DNA of 64,000 nucleotides from an uncultured Gemmatimonadales bacterium (GCA_963730185.1 CAVSQW010000008.1:288001-352000); one strand, 5' to 3'. Positions 1-9,962 are shown, numbered from the stretch's first letter. Translations and numbers: made by a program. Notes: generated from the letters alone by a model not told the origin.

Positions 1-211
1 GTGGTCGGAGCATGTGATCTCCGGGTGCGAGAAGAGCGGACTCGGCGATCGGTTGGACAGGCGACGGTCCCGAACCGTTGCGTGCCTGACCTGCGACGGT
101 GACGTCCCCGGGGCTCTTTCGCCCGAGGGCGACCCCGGCTCGGGGTGGGCCGCCGCGTGGGAGCGGGACTGGACGGAACGGCCCCGCAGCGCTGGGCGGC
201 GGGACCCGGGG

Positions 212-628
212 TCAGGCGATCCGGCGGTGGGGTTGGGCCAGGGGCTCGAGCCCGGCGATGGCCGCCCCGGCCCGAGATGGTTCCGGAAGCCGGCCGTTCG
301 GGGTCAGGAGATCGACGACCAGGGGGAGGAGGTGGGCGAGCTGGCTCGCCACCCGCTCGGGTGGCTGAGCGGTCCGGATGGCCAGGGCGCGGATTTGTGG
401 TCCCAGCGCCAGAGTGAGCTGGGCCGCCGTGAGCGGCTGATTGGCACCGCGACCCACCCAGCTGACCACGGCCTCGTGGTAGCCGCGGTTCCGGAGCCGC
501 TGGAGCACGCCGTGCAGCCCCGGGGTGGTGGGGTCGCTCAAAAAGCTCAACAGATCGCCCAGCATGGGCGACTGACTGCGATCGAGGAGTTGGGAGACTT
601 CGGTGGTGACGCGGTCGATGATGCCCAT
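212..628 (-). CDS. YidB/DUF937 family protein
   Basis: GLHGVLQRLRNRGYHEAVVSWVGRGANQPLT...LAHLLPLVVDLLTPNGRLP matches the YidB pattern (SWVG-G-N, LP--VD-LTP-G). Start set at MGIIDR (ATG 628). Confidence 0.8.
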   Translation of the reverse strand: MGIIDRVTTEVSQLLDRSQSPMLGDLLSFLSDPTTPGLHGVLQRLRNRGYHEAVVSWVGRGANQPLTAAQLTLALGPQIRALAIRTAQPPERVASQLAHLLPLVVDLLTPNGRLPEPSRAGAAIAGLEPLAQPHRRIA

Positions 629-767
629 CGAGTCGGGGCTCCAGTTATGAGACATGGCGGTCGGCACCGCCGACCGCCATCGCAAACTGGGACTCGAAGG
701 CTTAACCTCCGATGAACGTTGGTTCGCCGGGCGCCGCGCGCGCGATGCCCGGAGCGGCTCGCGGCTC

Positions 768-1079
768 TTACTTCCCGCGCGCCCTGGTCTTCCCGCGGGC
801 CCGCGTCTTCGACGCGGCCGCCTTGACCCGACCTTTGCTGGTGGCGCGCGACTTGGTCGCCGCCTTCTTCGACTTGGGTTTGGCCTTCGTGTCCGGCGTC
901 TTCAACCAGCGAAGGGCAGCACGGCGCGCTTTCTCGGAGCCACCATAGATGGCGTCGGAGAACAGCTTGCTGCGGAAGCGTCGGCTCTTCGTGGCCGGAT
1001 TGGTCTTCCCGTACGGGATCCGAGCCTGCCACCCCTTCGTTTTCGACTCTTTCGAGCGAATTCGGACGACCCAGCCCAA
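768..1079 (-). CDS. Small basic protein: AP2-like DNA-binding domain plus Lys/Ala/Arg-rich histone-H1-like tail
   Basis: GWQARI...SKLFSDAIYGGSEKARRAALRW resembles AP2 domains; tail is KAKPKSKKAATKSRATSKGRVKAAASKTRARGKTRARGK. GGAGG lies 5 nt upstream of a TTG at 1079. Confidence 0.65.
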   Translation of the reverse strand: MGWVVRIRSKESKTKGWQARIPYGKTNPATKSRRFRSKLFSDAIYGGSEKARRAALRWLKTPDTKAKPKSKKAATKSRATSKGRVKAAASKTRARGKTRARGK

Positions 1080-1414
1080 AGCGACCTCCTGCGTCAAGAG
1101 TTTCGGGAACGGAAGTTACCGGATTATGGGCACGACGGACCACTTACACAAGATCCCCCGGCGGATTGGGCCGGGTCAGGAGGTCACTCGCCCCCGATCG
1201 GGGACGTGGCCCGGTGGCGGTTCACGGGCTCCGTCGGGTTGGGGATCCGGGCCATGCACCGGACCTCGGCACCCTCGACCGGGGGAGCGCGGAACCGTTC
1301 CGCGAGGCCGGAAGCGACTGCGGTGAAGGGAATAACCCGAAGTTGTGGGAGGACCGCGCACGGTTCGTGAAGGCCGGGTCACGCCGGGCCGCGATGCGCT
1401 CCGGCCGGGTCGGG

Positions 1415-1457
1415 TTCACAAAGAGAGCCGCCTCCCCGGGTGCGAGGAGGCGGCTCT
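1415..1457 (-). terminator. Intrinsic terminator
   Basis: Perfect 12-bp stem AGAGCCGCCTCC (1424-1435) / GGAGGCGGCTCT (1446-1457), followed on the minus strand by CTTTGT. Confidence 0.7.
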
Positions 1458-1596
1458 AAAGTGCGAGGGCGTTTGGATCGGGCGACGCACCCTCACATGA
1501 TGGCCCGCGTCGTCGGGCCGGTGGTGTAGGGAGCATCTCAGGACGAGACGCTCGGTGGGGGGACGAAGGTTGCTACATGGGGGGACCTCCGTCCGT
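1418..1596 (-). ncRNA. Candidate sigma54-dependent small RNA (~180 nt) containing an SD + ATG-TAG mini-ORF
   Basis: Bounded by a sigma54 motif (1608-1621) and a terminator (1424-1457). Contains GGAGGT-CCCCCC-ATGTAG and no long ORF. Confidence 0.5.
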
Positions 1597-1607
1597 CGCG
1601 GGATAGG

Positions 1608-1623
1608 GCAACCTCGGTGCCGG
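1608..1623 (-). promoter_or_regulatory. Sigma54 -24/-12 promoter
   Basis: Minus strand reads CCGGCACCGAGGTTGC, i.e. GGCAC-N5-TTGC with exact GG-N10-GC spacing, divergent from a GAFTGA-containing activator operon. Confidence 0.7.
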
Positions 1624-1722
1624 AACGGGCTCGTCCGATGGTGGACTCTGTAACGCTAGGAAAGGTATGATGTTACGAGGCAGGGCCCGGGCCGGTGTCC
1701 CGGGCGTTGAGGGCGAGGATCA

Positions 1723-1768
1723 GGGACAGAGTGTCCCGGCCGGTCGAAGCGGCCCTGACAACGTGTCC
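1723..1768. promoter_or_regulatory. Putative enhancer (UAS) palindromes for the NtrC-family regulator
   Basis: GGGACA-GAG-TGTCCC (1723-1737) and TGACA-ACG-TGTCC (1756-1768), centres 32 bp apart, about 100-150 bp upstream of the sigma54 motif. Confidence 0.5.
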
Positions 1769-1847
1769 CGATGTATCTTGACCGACAGTCGATCGCGCTG
1801 GCGACGGTGACCATCGGGGACACCGTCCGCCCCGCGGGAGGGATACG

Positions 1848-3323
1848 GTGAGTCTCGCTCAGCGTCTGGCGTTGCTGGCGGCCACGCTCGCCGTCGTGCT
1901 GGTGGCCGGCACGACGGAGCTCGAGCTGAGATGGACGGCGGCGTCTCGGATGAACGACCTTCGGCGGGAATCGGAGGCGCTCGCCGAGACCTGGGCGATC
2001 TACCTCACTCGGCTCTCGCCGACCATGCATCCCGACACGCTGGCTCGGGCGCTGACCAACTGGCCGAGCCAGCACGTGACGGTCACCTCGGCGGAGCTGT
2101 TCGCGGTCGATCGGCGGGGGCGGCTCAGCTGGGTGGCCGGCAGCGACTCCACCCCGGACGTCCCGATGCCCCAGGACAGTCTGGCGGCGGTCACGCGAAC
2201 CCGGCAGGTCTGGCGGTTGCCCGATCCCGAGCCGACCTGGCAGGTGGCGGTGCCGTTGGGCACGCCGGGCGCGCGGGCCGTGCTTCACATCGAAGTCTCC
2301 ACCCGGGCGCTCCTGGCGCAAGCGCGGGTGGAGCGTCAGCGGGCCTACGCGCTGGCGGCCGCGGTGGCGGCGTTGCTGGCCCTCGCGTTCTGGTGGATCA
2401 CCCGACACTGGATCGGCCGCCCGTTCGCGCGTCTCGAGGCCGCGATGCAGCGGACCCAGCAGCAGGGCCCGGGAGGCGCGGCGCTCACGTTGGACGATAT
2501 CGGTCCGACGGAGTTCCGGCGGCTGGCGCGCCGTTACGCCGAGGTGGAGTCGGCGCTCGCGCTGCGGGAGCAGGAGGCACAGGCTCGAGCCGAGCTCCAG
2601 GCGTTGGACGAACGGGCCAGAACGCTGGAGCGGCTGACCCTGGCGCAGCAGGCGGAGGCCGAGTTCGCGCACGAGATCGGCACTCCGCTGAATACGGTGA
2701 GCGGCCACCTGCAGCTCTTGCGGGAGGATCTGGCCGGCGCGGACGACACCGACCGGACCATCCCGCGGGTGGAGGCGGTGCTCGAGCAGGTGCGCCGGCT
2801 GAGTGGGATCGTCCGGGCCAAGCTCGACCAGGGCGGCCTACTCCAACTCGATCCCCATCCGACCGACGTGCGGGTCGTGGCCCGCCGGTCGCTCGACTTC
2901 ATGCGACCGGCGATGGAGAAGAGCCGGATCGCCGGCGCCGTGGACGGGGGCGACGATGGTTCGGTCGTGGCCACGGCGGACCCGGGGCTGGTGGAGCAGA
3001 TTCTCCTCAACTTGATCAAGAACGCGGTGGAGGCGATGCCGGGTGGAGGCCAGGTGCGGATTCGAGCCGGCCAAACCAACGGTCAGGTGACGCTCGAGGT
3101 GGCGGACAGCGGCCCGGGGCTTGCCGACGCGGTCCGGGGCTCCCTCTTTCAACCGTTCGCCAGTACCAAGGGTGTGGCCGGCACCGGTCTCGGCCTGGTG
3201 GTGAGCCGGCGGTTGGCCCGCGCGATGGGGGGTGAGCTCGAGCTTCGGCCGAGCGAGCGGGGCGCTTGCTGGCGTCTCACCCTGCCGGGCCTCGCTACCA
3301 ACGGCCGGGAGCCGGCGCGATGA
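1848..3323 (+). CDS. Membrane sensor histidine kinase
   Basis: Two TM segments, H-box FAHEIGTPL, N-box NLIKNAVEA, G1 DSGPG, F box LFQPF, G2 GTGLGL. Confidence 0.92.
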   Translation: MSLAQRLALLAATLAVVLVAGTTELELRWTAASRMNDLRRESEALAETWAIYLTRLSPTMHPDTLARALTNWPSQHVTVTSAELFAVDRRGRLSWVAGSDSTPDVPMPQDSLAAVTRTRQVWRLPDPEPTWQVAVPLGTPGARAVLHIEVSTRALLAQARVERQRAYALAAAVAALLALAFWWITRHWIGRPFARLEAAMQRTQQQGPGGAALTLDDIGPTEFRRLARRYAEVESALALREQEAQARAELQALDERARTLERLTLAQQAEAEFAHEIGTPLNTVSGHLQLLREDLAGADDTDRTIPRVEAVLEQVRRLSGIVRAKLDQGGLLQLDPHPTDVRVVARRSLDFMRPAMEKSRIAGAVDGGDDGSVVATADPGLVEQILLNLIKNAVEAMPGGGQVRIRAGQTNGQVTLEVADSGPGLADAVRGSLFQPFASTKGVAGTGLGLVVSRRLARAMGGELELRPSERGACWRLTLPGLATNGREPAR

Positions 3324-4735
3324 CGGCCCGCTCGCCGGCTCGGCTGCTGGTGGTGGACGACGACTCGGCCGCGGTGGGCCTCCTCGCCGAGGTGTTCGAC
3401 CGCGAGGGGTTCAAGACCCACTCGGCCACCTCGGTGCAGGGCGCGCTGGAGCAGCTTCGAACGGTGGGCGCGTTCGATCTGGTGCTGACCGACCTCCGGA
3501 TGCCGGGCGGGTCGGGTCTCGACCTGTTGAAGGTGATCTGCGATCGGTATCCCCAGACGATCGTGATCGTGCTGACCGCCTTTGGCGACACCGCCACCGC
3601 CGCCGAGGCGATCCGGGCGGGGGCGCACGACTTCATCAGCAAGCCCTACGACATCGAGGAGCTCCGGCGGATGATCGCCCGGGCCCTGGACCGCCGCGAC
3701 CATCCCGCCGTGGCGGCGGACCCTGCCGGTGGCGGCGCCGCGCCGAGCCCGGAACAGATGGTGGGCCGAAGCCCGGGGATGATCGAGGTGATGAAGACGA
3801 TCGCGCGGGTGGCGCCGTCGCAGGCGTCGATCCTGATCTTCGGCGAGACCGGCACCGGAAAGGAGCTGGTGGCCCGCACGGTGCACCAATTCTCGGATCG
3901 GTCCAAGAACAAGTTCGTGGGAGTGAATTGCTCGGCGCTCGCCGAGGGGCTGCTCGAGAGCGAGCTGTTCGGCCACGTGAAGGGCGCCTTCACCGGCGCC
4001 GTGTCGGCTCGGCCCGGTCTCATTCGGGAGGCCGAAGGCGGAACGCTCTTTCTCGACGAGGTGGGCGACATCTCCGCCGCGCTCCAGGCCCGGCTGCTCC
4101 GGACCTTGCAGGAGAAAGAGGTGCTGCCGGTCGGGTCGGAGACACCGGTCCCGGTGGACGTCAGGGTGGTCGCGGCCACCCACCGCGATCTGAGCGCCAT
4201 GGTCCGGGACGGCAGGTTCCGCGAGGACCTCTACTATCGGCTCAACGTGGTGACGATCACCCTGCCGCCGCTCCGGGACCGGCGGCAGGACATCCCGCTC
4301 CTGATCGATCACTTCCTTCAGCTGCTGGCCGAGAAGCACGGGCGGGGGCCGGTGGGCCTCGACCGGGAGGCGCAGGCGGCCCTTCTGGCCTACGACTGGC
4401 CGGGCAACGTCCGCCAGCTGGTGAACGTCCTGGAGCGGGCCCTCGTGGTCGCTGCGCAGGACGTGATCGGGCCCGAGCACCTGCCGGGGGAGATCCGGGG
4501 CGGAGAGCGGCGCGAGCTGACCGAGCAGACCGCGCAGCAGGGGGGCGTGCGGATGGTTCCCTTGGCGCAGGTCGAGCGGGAGCACGTGTTGGCGGTGCTC
4601 GAGGCATCGGGCGGGAATCGCGAGCGCGCCGCCCGCACCCTCCGGATTTCGCGGCGGACGCTCACTCGGATGCTTCAGCGCTGGGGGATGATCGGTGCCG
4701 GCGCCGACCCCGGCGGGGACGACGAGCGCGGCTGA
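3320..4735 (+). CDS. Sigma54-dependent response regulator (NtrC/AtoC family: receiver, AAA+, Fis HTH)
   Basis: LVVDDD/TDLRMP receiver, GETGTGKE Walker A, ESELFGHVKGAFTGA, WPGNVRQL, C-terminal HTH. ATGA overlap with the kinase stop. Confidence 0.95.
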   Translation: MTARSPARLLVVDDDSAAVGLLAEVFDREGFKTHSATSVQGALEQLRTVGAFDLVLTDLRMPGGSGLDLLKVICDRYPQTIVIVLTAFGDTATAAEAIRAGAHDFISKPYDIEELRRMIARALDRRDHPAVAADPAGGGAAPSPEQMVGRSPGMIEVMKTIARVAPSQASILIFGETGTGKELVARTVHQFSDRSKNKFVGVNCSALAEGLLESELFGHVKGAFTGAVSARPGLIREAEGGTLFLDEVGDISAALQARLLRTLQEKEVLPVGSETPVPVDVRVVAATHRDLSAMVRDGRFREDLYYRLNVVTITLPPLRDRRQDIPLLIDHFLQLLAEKHGRGPVGLDREAQAALLAYDWPGNVRQLVNVLERALVVAAQDVIGPEHLPGEIRGGERRELTEQTAQQGGVRMVPLAQVEREHVLAVLEASGGNRERAARTLRISRRTLTRMLQRWGMIGAGADPGGDDERG

Positions 4736-4777
4736 TCGCTTGACCCCGGCGGTTGGGCGGGCGATCGTCCCCCGGCA

Positions 4778-5545
4778 GTGACCCCCACTTCGTTGCTCCT
4801 GGCCACGCTGGCGGCCGCCCTCGGCAGCGCGATCAACTCGATCGCCGGCGGCGGCACCTTGGTCACCTTTCCCATGATCGTGGCGTTGGGCGTCAACCCG
4901 CTGGTGGCCAACGCCACCAGCACGGTGGCGCTCTGGCCGGGCGCGGTCGGCTCGCTTTGGGGCTACCGGCGCGAGCTTCGGGGTGGGCGCGCCTGGGTCG
5001 TTGGGTTCGCGGTGCCGAGTCTGGTCGGTGGGGCGCTCGGGGCGTTGCTGCTGTTGGCCACCGGCGCCGAGCGGTTCGCCCGGATCGTGCCGTTCCTGGT
5101 GCTGGGCGCGACCGTGTTGTTCATGCTCCACGGACCGTTGATCCGCTGGCTTCGGGGCGCCGGCGCCGGCCGCCCCGCGCCGGCGGCGCCGCCCTGGGGT
5201 TTCGTGGTGGCGCAGGTGGCCGTGGGCACCTATGGCGGGTTCTTCGGGGCGGGCGCGGGGATCCTGATGCTGGCGGTGCTCGGTCTGGTCGGGCTCACCA
5301 ACATCCATCAGATGAACGGGCTCAAGAACTGGGGCGGGCTCTGCATCAACCTCGTCGCCGCGGTGCTGTTCGGCGCGAACGGCATCGTGCTCTGGCCCCT
5401 GGCGCTGGCGATGACGGTCGGGAGCCTGGTCGGCGGGTACGGCGGGGCCCGGCTGGCGCAGCGGGTCGGGCAGACGATGGTCCGGCGCGCGGTGGTGGTG
5501 ATCGGGCTCGCCGCGTTCGTGTGGCTCCTGACCCGACCGGTTTGA
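4778..5545 (+). CDS. TauE/SafE (TSUP) family membrane transporter
   Basis: NSIAGGGTL and YGGFFGAGAG motifs in a 255-aa hydrophobic protein. Confidence 0.88.
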   Translation: MTPTSLLLATLAAALGSAINSIAGGGTLVTFPMIVALGVNPLVANATSTVALWPGAVGSLWGYRRELRGGRAWVVGFAVPSLVGGALGALLLLATGAERFARIVPFLVLGATVLFMLHGPLIRWLRGAGAGRPAPAAPPWGFVVAQVAVGTYGGFFGAGAGILMLAVLGLVGLTNIHQMNGLKNWGGLCINLVAAVLFGANGIVLWPLALAMTVGSLVGGYGGARLAQRVGQTMVRRAVVVIGLAAFVWLLTRPV

Positions 5546-5567
5546 TCGGGTCCGGTCGCGGTCTCCG

Positions 5568-8546
5568 TCATCGGTCGTGCTGGGGGCGGGCCCCGGCCTC
5601 CGGCTCGGTCGCGGGAGCGGTGGCCGGCGCGCCGAGCTGATCCCGACCCTTGGCCAGGTAGGGGATGCCGTGGACCATCCAGTCGGGCGCCGGCGCGCCC
5701 TTCAGCTTGGCGTCGAAGAACTGCTGCATCCGCATCGCGATGTCCTTCTGGTTGGCGCGGCTCTGCGGATTGTGGACGTCGTTGTTGTAGTCGATCAGGT
5801 AGACCTCCTTCTGCAGCCGGCGGAGGCCCACGAAGAGCTCGATCCCCTGGTACCAGGGCACCGCGTCGTCCATGTCGTTGTGCATGATGAACAGCGGGGT
5901 GGTGACCCGGTCGAGCCAGAAGAGCGGTGAGTTCTCGACGTACTGCATCGGCTTCTCCCAGATCGACCCCCCGATCCGGCTCTGTCCCACCTCGTACTGG
6001 AACGCCCGCGCCAGCCCGCTTCCCCAGCGGATCCCGCCGTAGGCGCTGGTCATGTTGGCCACTGGTGCCCCGGACATCGCCGCGGCGAAGAGGTGCGACT
6101 GGGTGATCAGGAAGGCCGTCTGGTACCCGCCCCAGGACTGGCCCTGGAGGCCGAGGCCCTTGGGATCGACGTAGCCCCGAGCCAGCAGCATCTCCACTCC
6201 CGGCACGATCGACTTCACGGCGCTCGGCCCGGGGTAGCCGTCCTCGTAGTGGATGTCGGGTTCGAAGACGAGATACCCGTTGGAGACGTAGTGGGTCGGA
6301 TTGATCACGTTGCGCCCGTTCGGCGCGACGTACGAGTAGCGGTTCTGCGAGAGCTGCTCGTAGTAGTAGGTGATCATCGGGTACCGCTTGGAGGGATCGA
6401 AGTCCTCCGGCTTGTAGAGCAGCCCCTTGAGCGGAATGCCGTCCTGGCTGGTCCAGTGCACCAGCTCGACCGTGCCCCAGCGATAGTCCTTCTGCTGCGG
6501 ATTGGCGTCGGAGATCCGGGTCAGGGACGTGAGCGAGGGGCCGACCCAGAGGTCGGGGAACTGGGTGAAGGTGCTCTTGGTCACCATCCAGACGTCGGCG
6601 TCCTCGGCTCGGGTCGGGAAGCCGTAGGCCAGGTCGTCCATCACGACCCGGGTCGGGGCCCGGGTGGTGCCGAGCCGGTCCTCGTAAAACCCGCTGGCCA
6701 TCGTCTCGGCGTTCTCCGCCGAGAGGAGGAGCGGCTCGGAGGGATCGATGGGCTGCCCGGGCCCGCCCCGGCCGAACCGGCCTCGAGGCGCGGGTGCGCC
6801 GCGGCGCCGGGAGGTCGGGACGATCCGGAGAACCAGATCGCCGCGGCGTCCCAGCGAGTCGGTCACCATCACCGGACGCTTCGCGCCGGTCGGGTCCATC
6901 TCCCAGACGTCGTAGCGGTCGTAGAGCAGCAGGCTCCGGTCGTCGAGGGTCCAGCCGGCCAGTCCCCACGGCTGCGGGGTGGACGGCGTGTCCCAGGTCT
7001 CCTCGGCGAAGCTCACCCCGGGCAGCGGCGCCGTCAGGTCGACGGTGGTCCCCGTCGCGGTGCCGTAGCTGTACCAGTGCCCGTGGTCGAAGAAGGCCAC
7101 GAACTTCCCGTCGGGCGAGAGCGATGCCTGCCCGCTGATCTTCGGGCGAACCAGCGTCGCCGCGCCGGTGGCGGGGTCGATGACGTAGACGTCGGTGCCG
7201 CCGTCGCCCCACATCTGCTCGATCTGGTAGCGCTCCCGTGAGGCGGCGAAGGCCACCTTGCCGTCGGGGCTCACGTCGACGTCGGGGATGGAGTCGTTGC
7301 CGAGCTGGATCATCTTCCGGGTATTGAGGAAGTAGATCGCCCGGAAGGATCGGTTCCGATCGCGGACCGCGTTCAGGCGCTGGCTCGGCTGGAGGGTGGG
7401 GTCCTTCCAGTGCCAGAGGTCGAACACGGCCTTGTCCTTCAAGGAGTCGGTCGGGACCGAATCGGGGATCGTGGGCGCCACGCCGAACAGGATCGCTCCC
7501 CCGGTGCCGGTGAAGGATGGGGTGGCGTTGTCGGCCAGGTGGTAGCCGGCCGCCAGAGCGCCGGGCGTCACCACCGCCGTGGCCGGCCCGTTGGGCAGCT
7601 TGGCGTGATAGAGGGTGTAACGCGCGTCGTCCTGGCCGAACTGGTCGCGGTCGGAGAGGAATGCCAGCTGGCGTCCGGTCGTGTCGACCGCCAGCGCGTT
7701 GTAGTTGCCCCGTCCGGCGAGCAAGGTGGTGGTGGCGCCGGTGGCCAGGGTCCGCAGGTAGGCGCCGTCCTTGGTCGAGTCGTGCGAGACGACCGTGTAG
7801 GCGAGCACCCGGGCGCTGTCGTCGAAGGCGTAGGTGAGCACGTCGGCGAGCTGCTCCTCGGCGCCGCTTCCGAGATTCCGCAGCACCAGGAGCGAGCCGT
7901 ACCGCCGGCGGTCGCGATTGGCTCCGCCTCGGGGACGAGCCGTCGAGTCGGCCGTGGTCGTGTCACTCTGGACGTAGGCCACCCAGCCGCCGCTCTCGCG
8001 GGGCAGGCGGAAGGACCGGACGTGGGGCAGCGTGGTCACCTGTCCGTCGCTCAGCCGGACGAGCAGCAGCGAGGTGCGGGCGGCTTGAGGCCGGCCCCGC
8101 CCGGGCCGGCCCCTCTGGGTGGCGGCCTCGGCTTCGACCTCGGCCTGGAGCGGTTCGGCGATGGCGAGGACGTACCGCCCGTCGGCGGTGAACTGCGCCG
8201 GCGAGGCGTTGGGGCCACTCGGATCGGGCGCGCCGAAGGCGCGGCGGGGCCGGAGCCCGCCCGGGACGTTGTTGGGCCGGCCGAGGTAGCCGCGGGCCAC
8301 CCGGTATTCGGTGGCGCCGGTCGTGGACCGGACGATCAGGTCGCCGTCGCCGACCTGAGGAATGAGCGTGTAGGCCGCCCACCGGCCGTCGGGCGAGAGG
8401 GTGGCGCCGCTGATCGAGCGCCAGGTATCCCAATCGGCCTGGGTCAGGGCCCGTGCGGCCGACTGCGCCTGGGCGGTGAGGGGAAGCATCGCGACCAGGG
8501 CAACGGTCGCGGCCAGGAACGTCCGGCGAGTCGAGTGCATGGCCAA
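5568..8546 (-). CDS. Secreted S9 family (prolyl oligopeptidase-like) peptidase
   Basis: Signal peptide, beta-propeller SPDG repeats, GQSWGG nucleophile, DDAVP and C-terminal His region. Confidence 0.9.
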   Translation of the reverse strand: MAMHSTRRTFLAATVALVAMLPLTAQAQSAARALTQADWDTWRSISGATLSPDGRWAAYTLIPQVGDGDLIVRSTTGATEYRVARGYLGRPNNVPGGLRPRRAFGAPDPSGPNASPAQFTADGRYVLAIAEPLQAEVEAEAATQRGRPGRGRPQAARTSLLLVRLSDGQVTTLPHVRSFRLPRESGGWVAYVQSDTTTADSTARPRGGANRDRRRYGSLLVLRNLGSGAEEQLADVLTYAFDDSARVLAYTVVSHDSTKDGAYLRTLATGATTTLLAGRGNYNALAVDTTGRQLAFLSDRDQFGQDDARYTLYHAKLPNGPATAVVTPGALAAGYHLADNATPSFTGTGGAILFGVAPTIPDSVPTDSLKDKAVFDLWHWKDPTLQPSQRLNAVRDRNRSFRAIYFLNTRKMIQLGNDSIPDVDVSPDGKVAFAASRERYQIEQMWGDGGTDVYVIDPATGAATLVRPKISGQASLSPDGKFVAFFDHGHWYSYGTATGTTVDLTAPLPGVSFAEETWDTPSTPQPWGLAGWTLDDRSLLLYDRYDVWEMDPTGAKRPVMVTDSLGRRGDLVLRIVPTSRRRGAPAPRGRFGRGGPGQPIDPSEPLLLSAENAETMASGFYEDRLGTTRAPTRVVMDDLAYGFPTRAEDADVWMVTKSTFTQFPDLWVGPSLTSLTRISDANPQQKDYRWGTVELVHWTSQDGIPLKGLLYKPEDFDPSKRYPMITYYYEQLSQNRYSYVAPNGRNVINPTHYVSNGYLVFEPDIHYEDGYPGPSAVKSIVPGVEMLLARGYVDPKGLGLQGQSWGGYQTAFLITQSHLFAAAMSGAPVANMTSAYGGIRWGSGLARAFQYEVGQSRIGGSIWEKPMQYVENSPLFWLDRVTTPLFIMHNDMDDAVPWYQGIELFVGLRRLQKEVYLIDYNNDVHNPQSRANQKDIAMRMQQFFDAKLKGAPAPDWMVHGIPYLAKGRDQLGAPATAPATEPEAGARPQHDR

Positions 8547-8621
8547 TCACCTGTCTTGGAAGCGGCGGGTCAGGCCCGAAACATAGGCCCGGAGCGACCC
8601 CTCCGCGACCGCCCCTCCGGT

Positions 8622-9962
8622 TCAGGCCGGCTCGGCCCGAACCTGGCGCTCGATCGCGGGGTAACCGACCAACAGGCTGCCGGCCCGGGTGAGGTAGAAG
8701 AGGGTCCAGGCGGTCCACATGCCGATCGGGCCGAAGGCCGGCGTGAGCAGCAGGTCGAGGCCCACGTAGGCGGCGGTGGCCGCGATCGAGGCGTTGCGCA
8801 TCGCGGCCGAGCGCACGGCGCCGATGAAGATGCCGTCGAGCTGCCAGGCCGGGGCCCCGAGGAGCGGAATCGCGGCGCAGAAGGGGAGGAACCGAAGCGC
8901 GGCGGCGCGAGCGGCCGGGTCGGCGATCCAGTGGGTGATGATCGGCCGGCCGGCCACGAGGGTGACCACGAGAAACAGGGTGCCCGTGGCGAGGGCGAGC
9001 TCGGTGGTGATCCGGACGGCCCGGCGGAGATCGGGCAGCGACCGGGCGCCGACCGCCCGGCCGACGGCGACCTCCGCCGTGAAGGCATAGGCGTCGAGCA
9101 CGAACGCCCAGATCTCGACGATCTGGAGGAGGACCTGATTGCCGGCCAGGATCGCGGCGCCCTGCTTGGCCCCGGCGTTGGCGAACCAGGCGAAGCCGAT
9201 CACCATGGCCCAGCTCCGGACCATCATGTCGCCGTTGATGGCGAACAGCCGCCGGAGCGCGGAAGGGTTCCAGAGCGTGCCCCGGGCGGTGGCCTCCGGC
9301 GCGATCCCGCCGCCGGCCCGAATCACTCGCCAGGCCAAGACCAGGCCGACGACGGCGCCGGTCCAGTCAGCCACGGCCGTGGCCGTCCCCACGCCCCGGA
9401 CCCCGAGTCCCAGGCCCATGACGAACCAGAGGTCGAGGATCACGTTGGTCAGCCCGAAGACGACGTTCACCGCCAGGACGGCCCGGGTTCGTCCCAGTCC
9501 GATCAGCCAGCCGGTGAGAGCGAAGGTCGCGTAGGCCGCCGGGGCGCCCCAGATCCGGGCTCCGAAGTAGCCGGCTCCCGCGCGCTCGACTTCCGGACCG
9601 CCCTGGAGCACGCCGAATCCGAGGGCGCTGAGCGCCGGGCCGAGCAGCAGCATCACGACGCCGATCGCGGCCGAGAGGGCGAGCGCCCGAAAGAGAATCC
9701 GCTGGAGCTCCACCCGTTGGCCGGCGCCCGAGGCTTGGGCGGCCAGGCCGGTCGAGCTCATCCGGAGGAAGTAGAAGCTCCAGTAGAGGACGTTGAAGAG
9801 GGTGACGCCGAGGGCCACGCCGCCGAGGTCGACGCTGGTGCCCACCGCGCCGATGACCGCCGTGTCGGCCGCCCCGGCGAGCGGGATCGCCGCGTTGGCG
9901 AAGATCATCGGCCAGGCGATTCGCCAGGCCGACCGGCGGGTGAGGGGGGCCGCGGTGCTCAT
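8622..9962 (-). CDS. dinF: MATE family efflux transporter (DinF-like)
   Basis: DTAVIG, FLRMSSTGLAAQA, LDGIFIGA motifs; multi-TM protein. Confidence 0.85.
   Translation of the reverse strand: MSTAAPLTRRSAWRIAWPMIFANAAIPLAGAADTAVIGAVGTSVDLGGVALGVTLFNVLYWSFYFLRMSSTGLAAQASGAGQRVELQRILFRALALSAAIGVVMLLLGPALSALGFGVLQGGPEVERAGAGYFGARIWGAPAAYATFALTGWLIGLGRTRAVLAVNVVFGLTNVILDLWFVMGLGLGVRGVGTATAVADWTGAVVGLVLAWRVIRAGGGIAPEATARGTLWNPSALRRLFAINGDMMVRSWAMVIGFAWFANAGAKQGAAILAGNQVLLQIVEIWAFVLDAYAFTAEVAVGRAVGARSLPDLRRAVRITTELALATGTLFLVVTLVAGRPIITHWIADPAARAAALRFLPFCAAIPLLGAPAWQLDGIFIGAVRSAAMRNASIAATAAYVGLDLLLTPAFGPIGMWTAWTLFYLTRAGSLLVGYPAIERQVRAEPA

Noticed and set aside
768..1097. Mobile HNH-AP2 endonuclease or prophage remnant
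   Set aside because: No HNH, integrase or phage genes nearby.
1100..1415. Short ORFs between the basic protein gene and the terminator
   Set aside because: No ribosome-binding site or protein-like features; probably promoter or spacer sequence.
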